DNA of 35,897 bases. Origin: an uncultured Erysipelotrichaceae bacterium (GTDB taxonomy: Bacteria > Bacillota_I > Bacilli_A > RF39 > UBA660). The stretch spans positions 1 to 35,897 of the forward strand of contig CACZNM010000069.1 in assembly GCA_902782535.1 (NCBI GenBank), written 5' to 3'. Positions 1 through 8,544 of this stretch are shown here, piece after piece. The notes under the pieces were generated by a model, which saw only the letters and a list, made by a program, of their open reading frames with translations, searched no databases and had not been told where the DNA came from. Within the stretch, counting starts at the first letter, position 1, and each line of letters opens with the position of its first letter. Made by a program: the position numbers and the translations under genes.

Positions 1-1
1 T

Positions 2-853
2 ATTGTTATGGAAGTATCTGTTCAACAAAGTATTAATATTGATAAATTTCATCCACATATTGGATTATTAACTAATTATAGTCCTGCCCATATTGATTTT
101 TTAGGTAGTTATGAAAACTATAAAAAAACGAAAGCGAAAATGTTTTATAATCAAAAAAGTAATGATATTGCTATCATGAATTTAAATAATTCTGATTCCA
201 TTGATGAATTAGAAAATATTAAAAGTAAAAAGAAATATTTTTCAAGTACCAAAAAGACCGATTGTTATTTAAAAGATAATTATATTTATTATCATGATGA
301 AAAAATTATTAATACAGATATTGTTAAAATACCTGGTGTTCATAATTTAGAAAATATTATGGGAGCGATATCGATTGCGAAAGAATTTAATGTTAGTAAT
401 GATGTCATTGCAAAAGTAATAAGTAATTTTTATGGTGTAGAACATCGTCTTGAATTTGTCCGAGAAAGAGATGGAATAAGATTTTATAATGATACTGAAG
501 CAACGAATATTAAATGTACACAAATAGCTTTATCTTCTTTTTCAAAGCCTACAATTATTATTTTAGGAGGATTAGAAAGAGGACAAGATTTTAATGACTT
601 GAGTAAGTTTATGCAAAATGTTAAAGCGATTATTGGTATTGGTGAGTGTCGTGAAAGAGTAAGGGAATTTGGAAATAGTTTAAAGATTAAAACTTATATT
701 CATGAATACTTAAAAGATGGCTTTAAAGATATTATTAAGATAATGGAAAAAGGAGATATTGTTTTATTAAGTCCAGCTTCAGCATCATGGGATCAATATA
801 AGGAATGTGAAGTACGAGGGAAGGAATTTAAAGATTTAGTAAATAAGTTATGA
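2..853 (+). CDS. murD: UDP-N-acetylmuramoylalanine--D-glutamate ligase MurD, C-terminal ~280 aa; the 5' end lies upstream of the window
   Basis: The frame of track ORF 8..853 stays open back to base 2. MurD-type motifs GVEHRLEFV, RFYNDTEATN and LLSPASASWDQYK are present. The TGA stop overlaps the next start (ATGA at 850-853). Confidence 0.9.
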   Translation: MVMEVSVQQSINIDKFHPHIGLLTNYSPAHIDFLGSYENYKKTKAKMFYNQKSNDIAIMNLNNSDSIDELENIKSKKKYFSSTKKTDCYLKDNYIYYHDEKIINTDIVKIPGVHNLENIMGAISIAKEFNVSNDVIAKVISNFYGVEHRLEFVRERDGIRFYNDTEATNIKCTQIALSSFSKPTIIILGGLERGQDFNDLSKFMQNVKAIIGIGECRERVREFGNSLKIKTYIHEYLKDGFKDIIKIMEKGDIVLLSPASASWDQYKECEVRGKEFKDLVNKL

Positions 854-1092
854 AAGTAATTAAAAATAGAATTTATAAACACTTTAAAGGTGATTATTAC
901 TTAGTTCGAGATATTGTAATTAATAGTGAAACATTAGAAGAAATGGTTTTATATCAACAGTTATATGGTGATGGCCTATCTTATGTAAGACCATTAAAGG
1001 AGTTTACAAGCAAAGTTGATAAAAAGAAGTATCCAAGTGTTTTACAAGAGAATCGCTTTGAATTACAAGAGATTGAAAGTAAGAGGAAATAG
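850..1092 (+). CDS. DUF1653-family small protein
   Basis: 80 aa. YKHFKGDYYLV ... LYGDGLSYVRPLKEF matches my memory of the DUF1653 signature. The start codon overlaps the murD stop. Confidence 0.7.
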   Translation: MKVIKNRIYKHFKGDYYLVRDIVINSETLEEMVLYQQLYGDGLSYVRPLKEFTSKVDKKKYPSVLQENRFELQEIESKRK

Positions 1093-1159
1093 CATATTGA
1101 AATATATCTTGTTTTGTGATACAAGTATATTGATATATAAATAAAGAAAGGAAAGAAAA

Positions 1160-2392
1160 ATGAAAATCAAAAATGTTAAAGCACGAGAAATTCTAGATTC
1201 TCGTGGTAATCCTACTGTGGAAGTAGATGTTATTCTAGAAAATGGTATTATGGGACGTGCAGCAGTTCCAAGTGGTGCATCAACTGGTTCAAGAGAAGCC
1301 CTTGAAATGCGTGATGGTGGAACACGTTATATGGGAAAAGGTGTTTTAAATGCCGTTAATAATGTTAATACTTTAATTCGTGATTTAGTCGTTGGTATGG
1401 AAGTAGAAGATCAAAAAGCTCTTGATATGGCAATGATTAATCTTGATGGTACACCTAATAAAAGTAAATTGGGTGCTAATGCTATATTAGGTGTTAGTAT
1501 GGCGGCTTTAAAAGCTGCAGCTTTAAATGCTGGAAAACCATTATATCGTTATATTGGTGAAGGTAGTACTTTACCTCGTCCAATGATGAATATTATTAAT
1601 GGTGGTGCGCATGCTGATAATTCTTTGGATTTCCAAGAATATATGATTATCCCTATGGCAAAAAGTTTCAAAGAAATAATGCGTGTCGCTAGTGAAGTAT
1701 TTCATACTTTAAAGAATATTTTAAAGAGTCGTGGACTTGCCACTAGTGTTGGTGATGAAGGCGGTTTCGCTCCTAATCTTTCAAGTAATGAAGAAGGATT
1801 TAAACTAATTATGGAAGCCATTACTAAAGCCGGATATAAGCCAGGAGTAGATGTTAATATGGCTATTGATGTTGCGGCTAGTGAATTTTATAAAGATGGA
1901 AAATATGTTCTTGCAGGAGAAAACAGAAGTTTAACTACTGATGAATTAATTAATTATTATGATGAATTAACAACAAAATATCCAATTATTTCCATTGAAG
2001 ATGCTGTAGATGAAAACGATTGGGAAGGATTTACAAAGATTACTGAGAAATTAGGTAGTCGTATTCAACTTGTTGGTGATGACTTGTTCGTTACTAATAA
2101 AGAATGTTTGAAAAAAGGTATTGAACTTCATGCTGGTAATGCTATATTATTAAAGGTAAACCAAATCGGAACGATTACTGAGACGTTAGAGACTATTGAA
2201 CTTGCTCGTGCATATAATTATAAGACCATTATTTCACATCGAAGTGGTGAGACAGAAGATACTACGATTGCTCACTTGGCAGTAGGACTAAATCTTGGTC
2301 AAATTAAAACAGGTTCAATTTCAAGAACAGATCGTATTTGTAAATATAATGAATTAATTCGTATTGAAGAAGAACTAGAAGAAGGTAAATAA
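1160..2392 (+). CDS. eno: enolase (phosphopyruvate hydratase)
   Basis: 410 aa, matching enolase along its whole length: [88 protein letters not shown] lies upstream. The C-terminal tail is about 15 aa shorter than in B. subtilis Eno. Confidence 0.97.
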   Translation: MKIKNVKAREILDSRGNPTVEVDVILENGIMGRAAVPSGASTGSREALEMRDGGTRYMGKGVLNAVNNVNTLIRDLVVGMEVEDQKALDMAMINLDGTPNKSKLGANAILGVSMAALKAAALNAGKPLYRYIGEGSTLPRPMMNIINGGAHADNSLDFQEYMIIPMAKSFKEIMRVASEVFHTLKNILKSRGLATSVGDEGGFAPNLSSNEEGFKLIMEAITKAGYKPGVDVNMAIDVAASEFYKDGKYVLAGENRSLTTDELINYYDELTTKYPIISIEDAVDENDWEGFTKITEKLGSRIQLVGDDLFVTNKECLKKGIELHAGNAILLKVNQIGTITETLETIELARAYNYKTIISHRSGETEDTTIAHLAVGLNLGQIKTGSISRTDRICKYNELIRIEEELEEGK

Positions 2393-2397
2393 TATTC

Positions 2398-3300
2398 ATG
2401 AATGAATTTAACGAATTATTAAAAAAAATCTGTAATGATTTAGGATATGAAATAACTTTTATATCTGATGGCTGGTTAAAGGTGTTAAAAAAAGATAATA
2501 AAATTCGTTATATTTCAGGTTATCGTTTTGATAATAATAGTTATGCTTTAGGTGAAGTAATGAATGATAAGGGAATGTTTCATGATGTTTTAAGTTTCAT
2601 GAATATTCCAATAGTTGAACAAAAGATTATTTTTCATGATTATGATAAAAAAGCGATAATTGATTACTTTAATAATCATAATAAAAAAATCATAATTAAA
2701 GGAAATACTGGTAATGCTGGTAAGGAAGTTTTTAAAGTAGAAAAAGAAGATGAAATTTTTCCTATAATAGATAAACTCTTTTTGAAAGAGTATTCTATAT
2801 CACTTTCACCATATTACATTATTAAAAATGAGTATCGAGTAATTGTTTTAAATAATGAAGTTAAACTACTTTTTGGCAAAGTTAAACCAATAATAGTTGG
2901 CGATGGTATTAAGACTGTTTTAGAACTGGCAAAAGAATATAGTAACTATTATTTAGATAATGAACAAACTATTGGTAATCCAACTTATGTTCCTAAAAAG
3001 AATGAAAAAGTAGAATTGAGTTTTAAATTTAATTTATCAAGTGGCGCTAAAACAATCTTAGAGATTTCACATGATTTAAAAGATAAATTAACTTCACTTG
3101 CGCTTGATGTATCAAAAAAATTAAATATTTCATTTGCAAGTATTGATATAATTGTAACTGATAATAGTGAAATTTTTGTATTGGAAGCAAATACGGGTGT
3201 TACTTTAAATACCTTTTTGAAGTTAAATCCTAGTTATTATAATGTGGTTTATAATATCTATAAAGATGCAATTAAATTAATGTTTAACGATGAAGTATAA
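2398..3300 (+). CDS. ATP-grasp family ligase, substrate unknown (RimK/cyanophycin-synthetase-like layout)
   Basis: 300 aa. It has a Lys/Gly-rich ATP-binding stretch (IIIKGNTGNAGKEVFKV), EYRVIVLNNEV, VGDGIKTVLEL and a C-terminal SIDIIV...EIFVLEANTG motif. It starts 5 nt after the eno stop, and its own stop lies in the loop of a perfect terminator hairpin. Confidence 0.7.
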   Translation: MNEFNELLKKICNDLGYEITFISDGWLKVLKKDNKIRYISGYRFDNNSYALGEVMNDKGMFHDVLSFMNIPIVEQKIIFHDYDKKAIIDYFNNHNKKIIIKGNTGNAGKEVFKVEKEDEIFPIIDKLFLKEYSISLSPYYIIKNEYRVIVLNNEVKLLFGKVKPIIVGDGIKTVLELAKEYSNYYLDNEQTIGNPTYVPKKNEKVELSFKFNLSSGAKTILEISHDLKDKLTSLALDVSKKLNISFASIDIIVTDNSEIFVLEANTGVTLNTFLKLNPSYYNVVYNIYKDAIKLMFNDEV

Positions 3301-3314
3301 TTCATCGTTTTTCT
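3286..3314 (+). terminator. rho-independent terminator after the ATP-grasp gene
   Basis: A perfect 9-bp stem AACGATGAA / TTCATCGTT has the loop GTATAA, which contains the stop codon, followed by TTTTC. Confidence 0.7.
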
Positions 3315-3405
3315 ATAATCTAGTATTAAAATGAAAAATATTAATAAAAAATCTTTTAAAATATCGATTTTTAAGTTATAATTATGTTATAAGGTAAGGT
3401 GCTAT

Positions 3406-4617
3406 ATGATTTGTTCTAGTATTGATATGGGAAGTGATACAATAAAAATTGTTGTGGCTAAAATAGATGATAAATCTTTTAATATTTTAGCGGCAACAAG
3501 TGTTTTAAGTGTTGGAATAAAAAAAGGAATCGTAGTAGATACAGATTTAGCATGTAAATCAATTAATTTAGCAGTAGAAGAGTTAGAAAAGAAACTAGGA
3601 TTTCGTATTGATAAGGCTATTGTAAATGTACCTTTTTATGATGTAGATATTAACTTTTGTCATGGTAAATCATATTTAGATGGTAAAGTAACAGGAGATG
3701 ATGTTATCACTTGTTTTAAGAGTTGTGTTAGTACTATTGATGAAAGTTTAGAAGTTGTAACGGTTTTTCCTATTGATTATACTATTGATGGGCAAGATAA
3801 AATAACTAATCCTATTGGTATAGAAGGGGAAGAGTTAGATTGTCGTATGCTAATATCTACTATACCAAAAGATATCTTATATCCATATCTTGATGTATTA
3901 AACAAATGTAATATCGAGATTATTGATTTATCATTTGGAGTTATTAATGATATTTATAATGTTGATATCGATATAAGTGAAAAATCAGGGGCGGTTGTTG
4001 ATATCGGTAAAGATAAAACAGAAATAGGTGTTTTTAATAAAGGATTATTAATCAAAGGAACTACTTTAAGTTATGGTAGTAAACTTGTTGATCATGATAT
4101 TAGGTATATTTATCATTTAGATAAAATGACGGCAAGAGATTTGAAAGAAAATATTGCTTTTGCTTTCTCTAAATATGCGGATGCAAGTGAAAGTGTTGTT
4201 TATACAAATGTTGATAATGAAGAAGTTAAAATTGATCAATATGAATTAAGTCAGGTTGTTGAAGCAAGACTAGAAGAAATATTAAAAAATGTAAAAAAAG
4301 ATTTAAAGGACTTAACAAACCATGAAATAAGTTATATAATTATAACTGGTGGTATAAGCAATTTACCAGGATTTGATAATCTAGTTAAAGATATTTTTAA
4401 AGATAGTGCCTATACAATCAATTTGAATGTTATTGGGGCTAGAGATAATATTTACACATCATGTGTAGGTATGATAAAATATTATTACGATAAGTTGAAG
4501 ATTCGTGGTATTGATTATACAATGTATGAAAAAATATCAGAAATGATAAGTGATAAAAAAAATATATTACATGAACAAATATTAGATAGTATGAAAAATT
4601 ATTGCGAGGATAATTAG
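3406..4617 (+). CDS. ftsA: cell division protein FtsA
   Basis: 403 aa actin-fold protein: [54 protein letters not shown] is present. It lies immediately upstream of ftsZ. Confidence 0.9.
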   Translation: MICSSIDMGSDTIKIVVAKIDDKSFNILAATSVLSVGIKKGIVVDTDLACKSINLAVEELEKKLGFRIDKAIVNVPFYDVDINFCHGKSYLDGKVTGDDVITCFKSCVSTIDESLEVVTVFPIDYTIDGQDKITNPIGIEGEELDCRMLISTIPKDILYPYLDVLNKCNIEIIDLSFGVINDIYNVDIDISEKSGAVVDIGKDKTEIGVFNKGLLIKGTTLSYGSKLVDHDIRYIYHLDKMTARDLKENIAFAFSKYADASESVVYTNVDNEEVKIDQYELSQVVEARLEEILKNVKKDLKDLTNHEISYIIITGGISNLPGFDNLVKDIFKDSAYTINLNVIGARDNIYTSCVGMIKYYYDKLKIRGIDYTMYEKISEMISDKKNILHEQILDSMKNYCEDN

Positions 4618-4630
4618 AAAGAGGGATTTT

Positions 4631-5725
4631 ATGTTAAGTGGATTAGAAATGGATCAATTGGCCAAGATAAAAGTTATTGGAATTGGTGGTGGTGGTGGAA
4701 ACGCTATTAATAGAATGATTGAAAGTGGTGTTAAAGGTGTTGAATTTATCGCTGCTAATACAGATTACCAAGTATTAAAAAATTCCAAAGCTGATGTTAA
4801 AATTCAAATTGGTAAAGAATTAACTGACGGATTAGGTGCTGGTGGAAGGCCAGAGGTAGGTCGTGAATCAGCGGTTGAAAGTAAAAAAGAAATTGAAGAA
4901 GCTTTAGCAGGTGCTGATATGGTATTTATTACTTGCGGTATGGGTGGAGGAACTGGTACTGGAGCGGCTGCAATTATTGCGGAGATTGCCCAAAGTATTG
5001 GAGCTCTTACTGTAGCGATAGTTACAAAACCATTTACCTTTGAAGGTAAAAAGAGAATGGAAAATGCTAATGCTGGACTAGAGGAATTAAAAAATCATGT
5101 TGATACTTTAATAGTTATTCCAAATGATAAATTAAGAGAGATTATTGATAAATCAACGCCACTATTGGAAGCTTTTAAAGAAGTAGATAATGTTCTTCGT
5201 CGTGGTGTTCAATCAATTTCGGATTTAATCGCTGTAGTAGGACTTGTTAATCTTGATTTCGCTGATGTTAAAGCGGTAATGGAAAAATCTGGTAATGCGA
5301 TTATTGGTATTGGTATTGGTATGGGTGAAGATAGAGCTGTTGAAGCAGCACGACAAGCTGTTTCTAGCCCACTTTTGGAAACGGATATAAAGGGTGCAAC
5401 TGATGCTATTATTAATATCACAGGTGGTGTTAATCTAACATTATTTGAAGCAGAACAAGCAGCAGAAGTGGTAAGAGAAGCTAGTAACAATGATATTAAT
5501 ACTATTTTTGGTTCAGTTATAAATGAAAACTTGAATGATGAAGTAATAGTAACAGTTATTGCAACTGGTTTTGATAAGAATAAGGAAAAACAAAAAGAAG
5601 TTGCCTATAATACTAAAGAGCAATCAAGTATGCGTCGTTCTCGTGATGTTGATATCATGGATGAAGACGGTGATGGTGATAGTGAATTTGAGCTTCCATC
5701 ATTCTTGAAAAATAGAAATTACTAA
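4631..5725 (+). CDS. ftsZ: cell division protein FtsZ
   Basis: [11 protein letters not shown], the tubulin signature [16 protein letters not shown] and the C-terminal conserved peptide ELPSFLK are present. RBS GAAAGAGGGA is present. Confidence 0.98.
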   Translation: MLSGLEMDQLAKIKVIGIGGGGGNAINRMIESGVKGVEFIAANTDYQVLKNSKADVKIQIGKELTDGLGAGGRPEVGRESAVESKKEIEEALAGADMVFITCGMGGGTGTGAAAIIAEIAQSIGALTVAIVTKPFTFEGKKRMENANAGLEELKNHVDTLIVIPNDKLREIIDKSTPLLEAFKEVDNVLRRGVQSISDLIAVVGLVNLDFADVKAVMEKSGNAIIGIGIGMGEDRAVEAARQAVSSPLLETDIKGATDAIINITGGVNLTLFEAEQAAEVVREASNNDINTIFGSVINENLNDEVIVTVIATGFDKNKEKQKEVAYNTKEQSSMRRSRDVDIMDEDGDGDSEFELPSFLKNRNY

Positions 5726-5750
5726 AACAGTCAAATATGACTGTTTTTTA
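5724..5750 (+). terminator. rho-independent terminator after ftsZ
   Basis: A 10-bp stem AAAACAGTCA / TGACTGTTTT has the loop AATA and a T run. Confidence 0.75.
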
Positions 5751-5804
5751 TTGAATTTATTTGTAATATATGGTAATATCTAAGTATAGAAGAGGATAAG
5801 TAAT

Positions 5805-7103
5805 ATGACAAAGAAAAAAAAATTAATAATAATATCAATTGTAGCATTAGTAATAATATTAATTGGTGGAGGAAGTTACGCTTGGTTTAATTACTATAAA
5901 GTAAGTGATGTAACAAATCTTTTGGTGGCAGGGGATATTCGATTAAATCTATTGGAAGGAGAAGATACCTTAGTTTTAACAAATGTATTTCCAGAAACAA
6001 AAGAAGAGGCACGAAGTCATACAGGGAATATTTTAACTTTCTCGGTAAGTGGAACGAATGAAAGTAGTAAAGCTATTTTATATAATATTTTGTTAAATCA
6101 GGGAACTGGTAAAAATGGTAAAACAAGATTTAGAGACGATGAATTAAGATTTGATTTAATAGAAATAGTAAATAATAATGAAGTGTACTTAGTAGATGGA
6201 GCAAGTTTTAATACATTATCAGATACAAGTATTTATGATAATATTGTTCCAGCTAATACGAATAGTGTAAGTCATACATATAAAATAAGAGTGTGGGTAG
6301 ATGAAGGTGTAACAATAAGTGAAACAGTATCAGGTACTCATATATATACACCCAGTGAATATAAAGATTTATATGCGACAGTAAAGTTAGCAATAAAAGG
6401 AGAAAGCATTGAAGGAACAAGATATACAGTTACTTTTGATGCAAATGGTGGAACAGTGGGAGTAAGTACAAAGGATGTAATCGCAGGACAAGCTTATGGC
6501 TTTCTACCAACACCAACAAGGGAAGGATATACATTTTTAGGTTGGAATGGGAAAAATATATTAAATTTAAATGTGGACGAGTCTCTTCCTAGTCAAACTA
6601 ATACTTCAAATAGTACAGATCGAACTTTTATTTTGAATAGTTATGTTAAAGGTCTTTCTTTTAATAATTATTATAATCCAACAATGATTATATCATCTTC
6701 TATTTCATCAGAATTGTTAAATATTAACTCAACTGGTAGTGGATATGGATTTGGGTTTCCTTTTCATATTGAACCTTCTGCTGATTATAATTTGAGTTTT
6801 AATGTAAATAGTAATGGTTTATATTCCATGTTGTATTATCAGGAGAATGGCTCATTAATAGAATATAATTATTGGCGTTGTACAAATACATCCATTAGTA
6901 AAAGTTTTACAATTCCTGCTAATACATATTATTTAGTTGTTTTATTAGCTCCATATGCAGGTTATAATGTCACATTTTCAAATATTCAATTAGAAGAAGG
7001 AGCTACTGCAACAGCTTATGAGCCATATTATTTAACGAGTAATACAAATGTTGTTCAAGAGGCTAATCACACATTAAAAGCAATATGGCAAGAAAATACA
7101 TAA
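5805..7103 (+). CDS. secreted/surface protein: TasA/camelysin-like N-terminal domain with a SipW-type signal peptide, one Listeria-Bacteroides (Flg_new) repeat, and a C-terminal beta-sandwich-like domain
   Basis: The N-terminus MTKKKKLIIISIVALVIILIGGGSYAWFNY resembles the TasA signal/cleavage region (..GGGTWAAFND), followed by AGDIRLNL. YTVTFDANGGTVGVSTKDVIAGQAYGFLPTPTREGYTFLGWNGKN is a Flg_new repeat. The C-terminus carries IQLEEGATATAYEPYY. Confidence 0.6.
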   Translation: MTKKKKLIIISIVALVIILIGGGSYAWFNYYKVSDVTNLLVAGDIRLNLLEGEDTLVLTNVFPETKEEARSHTGNILTFSVSGTNESSKAILYNILLNQGTGKNGKTRFRDDELRFDLIEIVNNNEVYLVDGASFNTLSDTSIYDNIVPANTNSVSHTYKIRVWVDEGVTISETVSGTHIYTPSEYKDLYATVKLAIKGESIEGTRYTVTFDANGGTVGVSTKDVIAGQAYGFLPTPTREGYTFLGWNGKNILNLNVDESLPSQTNTSNSTDRTFILNSYVKGLSFNNYYNPTMIISSSISSELLNINSTGSGYGFGFPFHIEPSADYNLSFNVNSNGLYSMLYYQENGSLIEYNYWRCTNTSISKSFTIPANTYYLVVLLAPYAGYNVTFSNIQLEEGATATAYEPYYLTSNTNVVQEANHTLKAIWQENT

Positions 7104-7121
7104 GAGGGCAGCCTCTTTTTT
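7102..7121 (+). terminator. rho-independent terminator after the TasA-like gene
   Basis: A stem AAGAGG / CCTCTT has the loop GCAG, followed by TTTT. Confidence 0.6.
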
Positions 7122-7153
7122 ATTAATATTTTATATATAAAAGAAATAAAATA

Positions 7154-7162
7154 TGATACAAT
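7154..7162 (+). promoter_or_regulatory. extended -10 element upstream of the DUF1292 (copy 1)-HExxH operon
   Basis: TGATACAAT lies 22 nt upstream of ATG 7184. Confidence 0.4.
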
Positions 7163-7183
7163 ATTTATCGTAGGAGAGCATAA

Positions 7184-7435
7184 ATGAAAGAAAAAAAGAT
7201 TATGAAATTAACTGATAAAAATGGAGAAGAAATAGAGTATGAAATAATGTCTACTTTCTTTTTTGCTAAAACTAAAAAAAACTATGTAATATATACGGAT
7301 AATACAAAGGATAAACAAGGGAACTTAAATATTTATGCCTCAATATACTATCCATCTGATGATACAAGATTAGATAATATTGAAACAGAAGAAGAATGGA
7401 ATGTTGTAGAAAGCATTTTAGAAAAATTAAAATAA
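7184..7435 (+). CDS. DUF1292-family small protein (copy 1)
   Basis: 83 aa, acidic. The pattern D.NGEEIEYEI...F......NYVIYTD is typical of DUF1292/YrzB-like proteins. RBS AGGAGAG lies 6 nt upstream. Confidence 0.65.
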   Translation: MKEKKIMKLTDKNGEEIEYEIMSTFFFAKTKKNYVIYTDNTKDKQGNLNIYASIYYPSDDTRLDNIETEEEWNVVESILEKLK

Positions 7436-7445
7436 GGAGTTTTTT

Positions 7446-8498
7446 ATGGATATTGATAAAATAATGAAATTTAGTGAAATATTTATAGAATGTTTAATAC
7501 CTGTTATATCTCTTTATACATCAAGAAAACTTTCTTCAACATATGTTTTACATAAAGATTATAAACCAAAAGATATAAGTAAAGTAAACTTACCAGTTGA
7601 ATTACGTCAGAAATATACGGATGTTGATGTTAGTCATATTGCATCAAGTAAAGTAAAAAAAGTTGTTTTAGAATTTACTACTTTATTAATTGAGAAATTT
7701 CCTCCGGAATTATTAAGTAATTTTTATAATAATATTAATGAAATCAATATTAAAAAAAATCATGGTGTTTTATTAATCGCTGCAGACGGAATGTATTCAT
7801 GTAAGAAAAATAAAATTAATTATTCTGCAATTAATTCTATTTATCATGAATTATTTCATATGGCAAGTTCTGTTTATAACGAGAGAAAAAGATTATGTTA
7901 TAGTGGCTTTTCACAAGTATATTATTCGCCTATTAATAGATATGTAGGGAATAATATTGGTTTTGGAATTAATGAAGGTTATACAGAATTAATGGCTTAC
8001 CGATATTTTGAACGTGAACGAGGTATTCCTATAACTTATGAGTTTGAAGTTGGAGTTGTTGAACATTTGGAGAAAATAATTGATCAAAAAGAAATGGAGA
8101 AACTTTATTTAACTGCTAATTTAATGGGTTTAATAAATAATTTAGAAGAATATGCTTCTTTAGATGATATATTAGATTTTATAACGAGGGTTGATTTGGT
8201 AAACAATCATTATATTGATAATTTTATTTTCCCTAACAATAAAATGAAAGAAAGTATTATTAGTATTTATCGTTTTTTATTAAAGACATACATTGTAAAA
8301 CTTGAAAAGCAACTTGATAGAGAAATTATAACAAAAGAAGAATTTCTAGATAAAATAAAAAGGTATATTAAAGCACTTGGAACAAGTGTTAAAATTGGTA
8401 GACATATATATGAATATTTTACAAGAGAAAACTTATTTGCAATTTTAAAAGAAATTAATATTGATAATGAAGAAATTGTTAATCTATGTAGAAAATAA
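7446..8498 (+). CDS. hypothetical protein with an HExxH zinc-metallopeptidase-like motif
   Basis: 350 aa with no signal peptide. YHELFHMAS is followed about 35 aa later by INEGYTELMA, a possible third-ligand Glu. RBS AAGGAG is present, and the start is 10 nt after the DUF1292 stop. Confidence 0.55.
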   Translation: MDIDKIMKFSEIFIECLIPVISLYTSRKLSSTYVLHKDYKPKDISKVNLPVELRQKYTDVDVSHIASSKVKKVVLEFTTLLIEKFPPELLSNFYNNINEINIKKNHGVLLIAADGMYSCKKNKINYSAINSIYHELFHMASSVYNERKRLCYSGFSQVYYSPINRYVGNNIGFGINEGYTELMAYRYFERERGIPITYEFEVGVVEHLEKIIDQKEMEKLYLTANLMGLINNLEEYASLDDILDFITRVDLVNNHYIDNFIFPNNKMKESIISIYRFLLKTYIVKLEKQLDREIITKEEFLDKIKRYIKALGTSVKIGRHIYEYFTRENLFAILKEINIDNEEIVNLCRK

Positions 8499-8544
8499 TT
8501 TAAATTATATGTTTCTTGCAATTATCTATTAATTAAGATATAAT

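Noticed and set aside
850-853. Possible Mollicutes-type genetic code (TGA = Trp), given the very AT-rich sequence
   Set aside because: TGA terminates murD (851-853), murF (15918-15920) and the PHP gene (24320-24322) at family-appropriate lengths. Trp is encoded by TGG throughout, so the standard bacterial code applies.
1093-1159. Hairpin CTTGT-N8-ACAAG upstream of eno as a terminator for the murD-DUF1653 transcript
   Set aside because: It has only 5 bp of perfect stem with mismatched flanks and no T run, which is too weak to call.
3331-3381. 16-codon ORF (MKNINKKSFKISIFKL) in the spacer upstream of ftsA, and the 10-codon ORF at 34400..34432
   Set aside because: Neither has a convincing SD, and both fall within AT-rich promoter or leader sequence where short ORFs arise by chance.
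5209-5490. Minus-strand track ORFs: 5209..5490, 8267..8521, 9843..10049, 12741..12974, 14357..14560, 19526..19777, 22995..23192, 26152..26400, 27899..28186, 28893..29138, 29014..29268, 29343..29594, 31075..31374, 31121..31393, 35305..35490
   Set aside because: Each lies antisense inside, or largely overlaps, a + strand gene with clear family motifs. They are 61-99 aa, low-complexity (Ser/Leu/Ile/Phe-rich), and have no RBS or recognisable motif. They are typical antisense open frames in AT-rich DNA.
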